Source of the DNA: Octopus sinensis
Lineage: Eukaryota
Assembly: GCF_006345805.1 (NCBI RefSeq)
Contig: NW_021828342.1
Location: 1-8,513, forward strand
Direction: 5' to 3'
Length of the DNA: 8,513 nt
In this document: positions 1 through 6,948 of the stretch, piece after piece
Layout: the number at the start of each line of letters is the position of its first letter
Position numbering within the stretch: position 1 is the first letter of the stretch
Notes under the pieces: generated by a model
What the model saw: only the letters and a program-made list of their open reading frames with translations
Told to the model about the DNA's origin: nothing
Databases searched by the model: none
Translations under genes and position numbers: made by a program

Positions 1-235
1 GCTTGTCTTTATTCTTATATATATAATAAGTAATCCATATATGTAGATATTACAAGGGGCTGTTGGTGATTTTCCCCACCTTCTTTTGAAATATTCCCTT
101 TTTCTTCTCCGACGGAGAGCTATGGCATGAAACATTCAGAACTCTTTTTCACTGAGCCTCAAAGAAATACATTCCTTTGCATTGCCTCTTGCTGCTTGTT
201 AATCCTAATTTTATTTTTCGATTATTTGATTTGAC

Positions 236-305
236 TACATACACACACACGCACACACACACATATACACACACACATACACACTGACATATACATATAT
301 TTGTA
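236..305. repeat. (CA)n/(CATA)n microsatellite
   Basis: Direct reading of acacacac/catata runs; matches the microsatellite spacer that follows the family A head in other copies. Confidence 0.9.
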
Positions 306-310
306 CACAC

Positions 311-463
311 AACGGGTTTCTTTCAGTTTCCGTCTACCAAATCCGCAAGGGCTTTGGTCGGCTATAGTAGAAGACACTTGCCCAAGGTGCCACACAGGGA
401 GACTGAACCCGGAACCATGTGATTGGGAATCAAGCTTCTTACCACACTGCCATTCCTGCATCT
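311..463 (-). mobile_element. SINE family A, tRNA-like head plus core (partial)
   Basis: Reverse complement aligns with 1964-2127 and 6181-6343; B-box-like GGTTCAGTC; small deletion near 360. Confidence 0.9.
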
Positions 464-466
464 ATG

Positions 467-506
<40 letters not shown>

Positions 507-528
507 GTGTGTGTGTGTGTGTATATAT
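464..528. repeat. (TA)n(TG)n compound microsatellite
   Basis: Direct reading. Confidence 0.95.
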
Positions 529-917
529 TTAAAGTGCTAAAAAATCACTATGTGGTCAGCCATATGCTAGAAGTAGATCACCTGCGATCAAATTACAAAG
601 AAAAGAATGTTCTCTAGAGAAAAAAAATTCAGCGGACACCAGAACAATATGCGGGCAAGACAGATGAAAATTATATAAAAAAACAAGAATTAATCGCAGA
701 CCTAGGTTTCGCCAATTAACGAATGAATCACTTACGTAATCCCTCGTCCGTAGGACTCGTCGGTACGATCGTTCCACAAGTAATATTTAAATATACACAT
801 GTATTAGAATTTTCTCTGATTCTTCAGATTTTTGTATGCTAGACTACTGGTTTTAAATTGATATTAATTAAATTAATATTCAATATATGTCCCTCATTAT
901 TTAAATATATATATATA

Positions 918-1483
918 CTAGTTGATGGACCCAGCATTGCTCGTGCTTTCCGTGTTGAAGTTAAGCCCACCTCTGACCTTGTATTGAAACCTTCTACGTT
1001 CCCCGAGCCAATAATTACCCATTAAGATGTTATATCTGGTTCGGCAGTCTGTTGCAGGATGTGTAGATGTGTGGAAGGCGGAGGAAAAATGATCAGAGCA
1101 GACGACGGAGCGGTTTTTTTGCAGCCGACGACGTGTTCCATGGTGCAGCCATATACTGTCATTAACCTACTGTCATGAGCCTCGCTCACTCATCGATTTT
1201 CATCAAAATCGGACAAAAAATTGCAAAAGCTGCAAGAAAAATGACATCGTTATGGGAATTTCCATTCAAACGCCCGATTGAGCTCACAAAAATCGATGCC
1301 AATTGAGCATTATCGAGTTTTCAAAACGTTCCGGCCTCATTTGAACTTTAGGGCATGTGATCTACCTATGTGCCAAAAATCATTAACATCAGTTGGACGG
1401 TGTGGGAGGAGTTAGACTCACACCAAACACACAGGCAGACAGACACTATTCCACATTTATGTATTGTGTATATATATATATGA
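918..1483 (-). mobile_element. Non-autonomous Helitron-like element
   Basis: Minus-strand 3' end CTAG (918-921) followed by T; subterminal hairpin CCCAGCATTGCTCGTG (930-945) 8 nt inside; ACAGACAGAC microsatellite near the other end; candidate A|TC 5' end at 1484/1483 (uncertain, abuts SINE C). Internal motifs such as TTTTCATCAAAATCGG and CCTATGTGCCAAAAATCAT recall short Helitron derivatives. Confidence 0.65.
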
Positions 1484-1758
1484 TATACGACTGTTCAGCC
1501 TTTGACGAACGAGCTGCACAAATGATTCGCTTATAATGATCAAATGTTGGTGCTGCACATTCGCTCACTCTGTTTCCATCAAATCGACGTTGTCTGAACA
1601 GGTGCAACAGGTGTGCCACGCGTCAGGTGTCGAAAGTGATCACAGTGCAATGTGAGATGAATTGTTTTGCTCAAGAACACAAAGCACCACCCGGGCCAGG
1701 AATCGAAACCACAATCTCGCGATCGTGAGTGCAACACCCTAACCACTAGGCTATTGCG
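1484..1758 (-). mobile_element. SINE family C, tRNA-derived with CORE-like segment
   Basis: A-box TAGCCTAGTGG (1753-1743) and B-box GTTTCGATTCC (1709-1699), followed by TGTGTTCTTGAGCAAAACA, which resembles the start of the CORE domain. The 3' extent to ~1484 is from recall of octopus repeats. Confidence 0.8.
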
Positions 1759-1807
1759 TAATATACATACGTTCATTGTCTTGCTTGACCATAGGGAAAA
1801 TGGTGAC

Positions 1808-1948
1808 TGGTCGGGATGCTTGGGTGGGATGTGCTTGGATGATACGGTAAGCTGAATCAGGCTCCCACCTAGGGCTAAACCGCATCGTCGTCGTCATCAT
1901 CATCATCATCATCAACAACAACAACAATAACAACAGCAACAACAACAA
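1808..1948 (+). mobile_element. Degenerate retroposon 3' tail ending ACCTAGGGCTAAAC plus (CGT)n(CAT)n(CAA)n
   Basis: End motif at 1867-1880 matches 5557-5544 (minus) and 6515-6501 (minus); followed by a trinucleotide tail. Confidence 0.55.
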
Positions 1949-1963
1949 TGTTTCGTTAAGAAT

Positions 1964-2126
1964 AGGCGCATGAGTGGCTGTGTGGTAAGTAGCTTGCTTG
2001 CCAACCACACGGTTCTGGGTTCAGTCCCACTGCGTGGCACCTTGGGCAAGTGTCTTCTACTATAGCCTCGGGCCTACCAAAGCCTTGTGAGTGGATTTTG
2101 TAGGCGGAAACTGAAAGAAGCCCATC

Positions 2127-2162
<36 letters not shown>

Positions 2163-2325
2163 GTGTGTGTGCGTGTGAGTGTGTGTTTGCGAGTCTGTGT
2201 TTGTTCCCCCAACATCGCTTGACAACCGATGCTGGTGTGTTTACGTCCCCATAACTTAGAGGTTCGGCTAAAAGAGCCCGATAGAGTAAGTACGAGGCTT
2301 ACAAAGAGCAAGTCCTGGGGTCGAT
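1964..2325 (+). mobile_element. SINE family A, near full length, lacking its 3' tail
   Basis: A-box TGGCTGTGTGG (1975-1985), B-box GGTTCAGTCCC (2018-2028), CORE-like CACCTTGGGCAAGT, internal (TA)n(TG)n, and a body matching 5107-5412 and 5858-6343 in reverse. Confidence 0.92.
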
Positions 2326-2470
2326 TACATCGACTCTAGCGTCTCACTGGTACTTAATTTATCGACCCCGAAAGGAAGAAAGTCAAAGTCGACATCAGCA
2401 GAATTCGATCTCAGAAGGTCGCTAAGCATTTCGTCCGGCGTACTAACGTTTCTGCCAGTTCGTTACCTCG
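2320..2470 (-). mobile_element. SINE family B, head plus central domain
   Basis: Reverse complement aligns with 3598-3765 (CTGGCAGAA..., TTTC(A/T)TCCTTTCGGGGTCGATAAATTAAGTACCAG). Confidence 0.85.
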
Positions 2471-2488
2471 TGTGATAGACACTATTTT

Positions 2489-2539
2489 AAAGACGTATTG
2501 GTTGGCATGGCTGGAATGAACTTGAGTTAAGCAACAACA
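2489..2539 (+). mobile_element. Very degenerate, internally deleted retroposon 3' tail
   Basis: CATGGCTGGAATG...TTAAGCAACAAC resembles the 1808-1948 tail family; support is partly from recall. Confidence 0.4.
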
Positions 2540-2540
2540 T

Positions 2541-2940
2541 TCCTGGAAACACTAACACCACCGCCACCCCAAGAACTAGCTTCATTACCACCATCACCAA
2601 CAAGACCAACACCATATTCGCTATCGCTACCACAGCCACCACCACCACCAACACCACCACCACCACCACCACTACCACCAGCATCACCACCACCGTCATA
2701 ACCATTACCACAATAACAACAAGAACATGGCTACTGAGCCCAGCACCGCCGCCACCACCACCATCACCACCACCACCATCACAAGTGTTACGTCACTACC
2801 ACTACCACCACCACCGTAACATCAACACTAATAACGATAGTGATGCTGTAAACACCTCCACTACCTTCACCACCACCACCACCGCCTCCAATAAAACAAT
2901 TACTACTACTACTACTATAAAAGATGATGATGATGATGAT
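2541..2940. repeat. Degenerate trinucleotide array (ACC)n/(ACT)n/(GAT)n
   Basis: Direct reading; source of the poly-Thr and poly-Val ORFs. Confidence 0.9.
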
Positions 2941-3115
2941 ACTGTTTTACACCCGATGCACAGATAAAGCCTTGATAATCCAGCCATTGTAAAGTCAATC
3001 GTATGGAATAAATGCCGCATTAGACAGATTAAACGTTAATCCGGGAATTTCTAACGAGACGTAACAGTTGATAGCCGCCTGGTGCAGCTCTCACTTTCTT
3101 CCATACACGCACACA

Positions 3116-3209
3116 TATCTATCTGTCTGTCTGTCTGTCTATCTGTCTATCTCTGTCTATCTGTGTCTGTTTATTTATCTATATATCTTTCTTTCTGTCT
3201 GTCTGCTTC

Positions 3210-3240
<31 letters not shown>

Positions 3241-3260
3241 GTTTATCTATCTATCTGTCT

Positions 3261-3338
<78 letters not shown>

Positions 3339-3340
3339 GT
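3116..3340. repeat. (CTAT)n/(CTGT)n tetranucleotide microsatellite
   Basis: Direct reading; long pure TATC run in the 3' half. Confidence 0.97.
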
Positions 3341-3437
3341 AACAAGAGGAAAACGTCGTCACACATCGACAGTTTGATTGCAGACACTCTGAATGTATCC
3401 AGGACCTCGAGGCAGTGATGAAGGACCGATTTTGAAC

Positions 3438-3587
3438 AGATTCAAATTCCGCCAAGGTCGACTTTGCCGTTTCATCTTTCGAGGTCGATAAATTAAGTAC
3501 TAGATGCATACTGGGGTCGATTTAATCGATTGGCCCCACCACTACCCCAAAATTTCGCGCCTTGTGCCTAGAGTAGAAAAGAATATT
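3438..3587 (+). mobile_element. SINE family B fragment (B-box to tail type Y)
   Basis: TTCAAATTCCGCC..GGTCGACTTTGCC and a tail CCCCAAAATTTC..GCCTTGT matching 4015-4185. Confidence 0.85.
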
Positions 3588-3597
3588 AACCAGAGAG

Positions 3598-4185
3598 AAG
3601 GCGACGAGCTGGCAGAATCGTTCGCACGGCGGGCGAAATGCTTAGCGGTATTTCGTCTGCCATTATGTTCTGAGTTCAAATTCCGCCGAGGTCGACTTTG
3701 CCTTTCATCCTTTCGGGGTCGATAAATTAAGTACCAGTTACGCACTGGAGTCGATGTAATCGACTTAATTCGTTTGTCTGTCCTTGTGTGTCCTCTCTGT
3801 GTTTAGCCCCTTGTGGATAGTAAAGAAATAGGTATTCCATCCGTTTTTACGTTTTGAGTTCAAATTCCGCCGAGGTCGACTTTGCCTTTCATCCTTTCGG
3901 GGTCGATTAAATAAGTACCAGTTACGCACTGGGGTTGATACAATCGACCTAATCCGTTTGTCTGTCCTTGTTTGTCCCTTCTGTGTTTAGCGCCTAATGG
4001 GTAGTAAAGAAATACGTATTTCGTCTGCCGCTACGTTCTGAGTTCAAATTCCGTCGAGGTCGACTTTGCTTTTCATCCTTTCGGAATCGATAAATTAAGT
4101 CCCAGCCGAGTACTGGGGTCAATCTAATCGACTGGCTCCCTCCCCGAAAATTTCAGGCCTTGTACCAAAATTTGATATCAATATT
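3598..4185 (+). mobile_element. SINE family B with one head and three tandem body units (184-bp period)
   Basis: A-box-like TGGCAGAATCG (3610-3620); B-box GAGTTCAAATTCC (3672-3684) recurs in each unit; units start at 3647, 3831 and 4015. Confidence 0.92.
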
Positions 4186-4650
4186 AATCAGAAGGGGCAG
4201 CGTTAAACTCCTCCCCTGACGTCACGTGTTTGTTGCAGCGCCCTGTTCCTGCTGTTATTTTTTTAAACGTCCATTAAACTGCGTCGTGTCAACGATGGCA
4301 TTTTGCAATGTCGACGCCAGTTTAGATTGTTGAAATTTTCATTGTTTAATGTTTATAGTTATGGAATATTTGTGTAATCGCATACTTGTGTCGTTTATCG
4401 CTTATTATTATTATTTTTTTCACTTCATTTTAAACTGGATTCAGTTTCGTACTCGTTCAACGATAAACACAAGTACGTCTCTGGAAAATGTCATAACCAA
4501 CACGACATCTACGAAGCGCTGTTTATTGAAACGCCGCCACATGAGTCATGTGACCTGCAAAATAATGTACAGGATGATTCAAAAGTCGCCATACAGAGGA
4601 ACAATTTTTTTTTTATATATAAGAAACAGTTTATAAGAACAGTTTTTGTT

Positions 4651-5097
4651 TTATTTAACCGGCTCTATATGGTTACCGTTGTTTTGAATACACATTGCAA
4701 TACGTTTACCCCACTAATTGTGAACTCGTAATTGCACATCCGGTGATACGTGTCCAAATATGTTGGTGATGCGTTCCTGCAAATGAGTTCCCTTTTGTTT
4801 TTTCCTTTCTACTAAAGGCACAAGGCTTGAAGTTTGAGGGAGTTGGTAGTCAATTACATCGACACCCAGTACTCAAACGGTACTTATTTTATCGACTTCG
4901 AAAGAATGAAAGGCAAAGTCAACCTCGGCGGAATTTGAACTCAGAGCGTAAAAGCGAACGAAATGCCTCAAAGCATTTCGCCCGGCTTGCTAACGATTCT
5001 GCCAGCTCGCCGCCGTCTTTTCGCGATACACCATGCCTTTCAAATGGCCCCAAAGATAGAAATCAAGAGGGGTCAGATTAGGGGATCTAGGGGATCT
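4651..5097 (-). pseudogene. Tc1/mariner (DDE/D) transposase C-terminal remnant, interrupted by a SINE
   Basis: 5097-5017 translates RSPRSPNLTPLDFYLWGHLKGMVYREK (the WPPRSPDLxPxDFxLWG catalytic motif with D>N). 4788-4651 translates THLQERITNIFGHVSPDVQLRVHN*WGKRIAMCIQNNGNHIEPVK* (typical CIxxNGxHxE end). Neither is in the ORF track. Confidence 0.88.
4803..5016 (-). mobile_element. SINE family B, single unit, inserted in the transposase remnant
   Basis: Reverse complement begins (AAG)ACGGCGGCGAGCTGGCAGAATCGTTAGC and carries B-box GAGTTCAAATTCC, the central domain and tail type Y. Confidence 0.9.
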
Positions 5098-5106
5098 TAT
5101 AAACTG

Positions 5107-5412
5107 CTTTACTCTTTACTCTTTACTCTTTTACTTGTTTCAGTCATTTGACTGCGGCCATGCTGGAGCACCGCCTTTAATCGAGCAACTCGACCCCGGG
5201 ACTAATTCTTTTGTAGCCCAGTACTTATTCTATCGGTCTCTTTTGCCGAACCGCTAAGTAACGGGGACATAAACACACAGCATCGGTTGTCAAGCAATGC
5301 TAGGGGACAAAACACAGACACACAACACACACAGCATACACATATATATATATACATATATACATATACGACGGGCTTCTTTCAGTTCCGTCTACCAAAT
5401 CCACTCACAAGG
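5107..5412 (-). mobile_element. SINE family A, 5'-truncated, with (GAGTAAA)n tail
   Basis: Aligns to 1964-2325; ends GGCGGTGCTCCAGCATGGCCGCAGTCAAATGACTGAAACAAGTAAAA(GAGTAAA)n. Confidence 0.92.
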
Positions 5413-5530
5413 CAAAAAAAATTAATTTTTCCTATGTATGAAGACTTTTGAATTACACTGTAAATTTTTTTTAAATGATGCGTAAATTTGTGAGGGTATC
5501 TTAATCTAAAGGGTACATTTTTACAATTCT

Positions 5531-5580
5531 TGTTGTTACTGTAGTTTAGTCTCAGGTCGGCCATGGTCCAGCAGACACCC
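5531..5580 (-). mobile_element. Degenerate retroposon 3' tail fragment (ACCTGAGACTAAAC...AACAACA)
   Basis: Similar to 1845-1880. Confidence 0.5.
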
Positions 5581-5656
5581 TAATAAAAAAAGAAGAGTTT
5601 TGCCCACCGTGGCTAACCCATCTTTTATTCAAACCTAATAAACCTATCAGTTCCTT

Positions 5657-5778
5657 AAGACGGTGAACGGGAAGAATCGGTAACACGCCGGACGAAGTGC
5701 CGCTAAGCATTTAGTCCGTCTTTACGTTCTAAGTTCGAATTCTGCAGAGGTCGATATTTACCTTCTATCTTTTCAGAG
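5657..5778 (+). mobile_element. SINE family B, diverged 5' fragment
   Basis: AAGACGGTGAACGGGAAGAATCG...AAGTTCGAATTCTGCAGAGGTCGA aligns to 3598-3720. Confidence 0.8.
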
Positions 5779-5787
5779 CCTTTCAGA

Positions 5788-5839
5788 GTTGTTTTTAGCC
5801 TTAAGAAGATATCTCCACCAGCTGCCCAACGACACAGTC
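5788..5839 (-). mobile_element. 5'-truncated copy of the 6501-6710 element
   Basis: 5791-5839 versus 6501-6551: 42/49 identical with one 2-nt gap (hand alignment). Confidence 0.85.
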
Positions 5840-5857
5840 ATTCCACTCGCAAAATAC

Positions 5858-6123
5858 AGTACTATTCTTTTATTTGTTTCGGTTGACTGCGGCCTTGCTG
5901 GAGCACCACCTTTATTCTTTGTAAGCCTAGTACTTATTGTATCGATTTCTTTTGCCGAACCGCTAGGTTACGGGGACGTAAACACACCAGCATCCGTTGT
6001 CAAGCGATGTTGCGGGGGAAAAACACAGACACACATACACATATATATATATTTATTTTATTTTTTATTTTATCTAGTTTCAGCTCACGAGCTGTGGCCA
6101 TGCTGGGCACCGCCATATATATA

Positions 6124-6175
<52 letters not shown>

Positions 6176-6343
6176 TATACAACAGGCTTCTTTCAGTTTC
6201 CGTCTACCAAATCCACTCACAAGTGTTTGGTGGGCCCGACGCTATAGTGGAAGACAGTCGCATAAGGTGCCACGCAGTGGGACTGAACCCGGAATCATGT
6301 GGTTGGTAAGCAGGCCGCTTACCATACAGCCACTCCTGCACCT
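5858..6343 (-). mobile_element. SINE family A, near full length
   Basis: Head at 6343-6181 (A-box-like TGGCTGTATGG, B-box GGTTCAGTCCC), (TA)n spacer, body and tail to ~5858; internal deletions. Confidence 0.92.
6059..6114 (-). mobile_element. 56-bp LINE/SINE 3'-tail insertion with 18-bp target-site duplication
   Basis: Flanked by identical ATATATATATATTTATTT at 6041-6058 and 6115-6132; insert reads GGCGGTGCCCAGCATGGCCACAGCTCGTGAGCTGAAACTAGATAAAATAAAAAATA on the minus strand. Confidence 0.8.
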
Positions 6344-6533
6344 ATATCCTTTTTCTAGCTACACACTGTTGCTGATCTCGTAAAAGGTAGAGATAAGCTA
6401 TATTAAATCTCTGAGCGAGAGATAAACAGTAACAGGACGGAATCGTAAAGTATATTTGTCAACTAAATGTGGCGGTCCTACAGAGGACAGTGATACTCTC
6501 GTTTTTAGCCCCAGGAAGACATCGCCTCCAGCT

Positions 6534-6564
6534 GGCCAACGACACACAGTCTGTGTCGTTGGCC
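6534..6564. other. Perfect 13-bp inverted repeat / hairpin
   Basis: GGCCAACGACACA (6534-6546), loop CAGTC, TGTGTCGTTGGCC (6552-6564). Confidence 0.97.
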
Positions 6565-6663
6565 GGTCAGCGACGAGCATCGGCAACCTACCCGACCCGT
6601 CTTGTAACACTGTGTTAGTATTTGCGAGAGAGATCATCGCTCCCACCTCTAGCCTTACGTGAT

Positions 6664-6710
6664 ACACACAGACCCGAGTTTCCGGGTGGTTACCCGTCTT
6701 CAGTATGAGT
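6664..6710 (-). ncRNA. Minimal type I hammerhead ribozyme motif
   Basis: Minus strand: ACUCAUA CUGAAGA CGGGU-AACC-ACCCG GAAA C-UCGG-G UC | UGUGUGU. It has the conserved core CUGANGA/GAAA, a perfect 5-bp stem II, a short stem III and a GUC cleavage triplet. Stem I pairs 6 of 7 (one G.U, one U-U mismatch). Predicted cut between 6671 and 6670. Confidence 0.78.
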
Positions 6711-6716
6711 TAATTA

Positions 6717-6948
6717 CTGGCTATACTGAAAAGTTCCTTGTTGCAAAGTTCCTGGTTTTAAGGCTATTATAAAAGGCCTGGTTAGAGGCCCAGCCTTCCA
6801 AGTCCTTTTACAGGGCTTAGGAAAAACTGAAGGACCGCTGCATTAAGCATATGAATCTGAGAGGGGAATATGTTGAATAAAATCATAATTAACTGATCCT
6901 CTCGAATTTTGTTTCGTCCAAAACCAGAAACTCTTCAGAACCTCAGCG
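6717..6948 (+). mobile_element. Mariner-derived MITE-like deletion derivative
   Basis: Left end CTGAAAAGTTCC...AAAGTTCCTGGTTTT versus right end AAAACCAGAAACTCTTCAG (inverted); TA at 6715-6716 and 6949-6950; transposase C-terminus inside. Confidence 0.82.
6776..6880 (+). pseudogene. Mariner transposase C-terminal remnant
   Basis: Translates AWLEAQPSKSFYRA*EKLKDRCIKHMNLRGEYVE*, matching the mariner end motif FYxxGIxKLxxRWxKCIxxxGxYVE. Confidence 0.85.

Larger units (their letters stand above)
4570..5460 (-). mobile_element. Internally deleted Tc1/mariner-superfamily DNA transposon with two nested SINEs
   Basis: Inverted termini CAGGATGATTCAAAAGTCGCCATACAGAGG... (4570) and CAGTGTAATTCAAAAGTCTTCATACATAGG... 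(5460, minus), 30/37 identical; TA on both flanks (4568-4569, 5461-5462); transposase remnants inside. Confidence 0.88.
6501..6710 (-). mobile_element. Candidate hammerhead-bearing short non-autonomous retroelement
   Basis: Hammerhead motif at the 5' end, several hairpins, and a 3' end CCTGGGGCTAAAAAC shared in position with the second copy at 5791. The 5' boundary is obscured by a mariner insertion. Confidence 0.6.

Noticed and set aside
730-816. Perfect minus-strand donor GTAAGT (735-730) after a CpG-rich patch with open frame ENSNTCVYLNITCGTIVPTSPTDEGL
   Set aside because: The only available AG acceptors lie in purine-rich context, and equally weak plus-strand splice readings exist.
821-827. 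CUGAAGA on the minus strand
   Set aside because: No stem II can form before the next GAAA.
1699-1758. tRNA gene (loop could read CAC); likewise the family A and B heads
   Set aside because: The acceptor stem is not intact and each head runs into a SINE body; these are tRNA-derived heads, not tRNA genes.
1795-1846. 52-nt plus-strand exon-like segment (AG...GTAAGC; KMVTGRDAWVGCAWMI)
   Set aside because: It overlaps a degenerate retroposon tail ending at 1880, and the peptide is unrecognised. Exonisation cannot be excluded without RNA-seq.
2785-2967. Mucin-like Thr-rich ORF
   Set aside because: It lies inside a simple trinucleotide array with no signal peptide or splice support.
2994-3090. 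Minus-strand open frame [31 protein letters not shown]
   Set aside because: Only 31 codons, no recognisable family and no convincing splice partner.
3801-3810. GGGGCTAAAC (minus) inside tandem tail X, matching the shared tail motif
   Set aside because: Only a 10-nt match with no upstream similarity, so not enough to call a captured tail.
3647-4185. CRISPR-like or retrozyme-like reading of the 184-bp tandem
   Set aside because: There are no unique spacers and the context is eukaryotic; I found no CUGANGA core on either strand of the units.
6359-6440. Short exon-like signals on both strands (LHTVADLVK plus; RFNIAYLYLLRDQQQC minus)
   Set aside because: They conflict in strand, the donors are weak and no homology is recognised.
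6490-6530. HDV-like ribozyme suggested by GGCUAA near the tail
   Set aside because: I could not assemble the nested P1/P1.1/P2/P3 pseudoknot or an L3 consensus.
6398-6667. 89-aa minus-strand ORF, and the 68-aa plus-strand ORF, over the hairpin element
   Set aside because: GC-rich structured sequence leaves frames open by chance; there are no RT or GIY-YIG motifs.
6911-6938. Second hammerhead-like string CUGAAGAG...CGAAAC (minus)
   Set aside because: It lies in the mariner terminal repeat; stem II relies on G.U pairs and there is no credible stem III or stem I.
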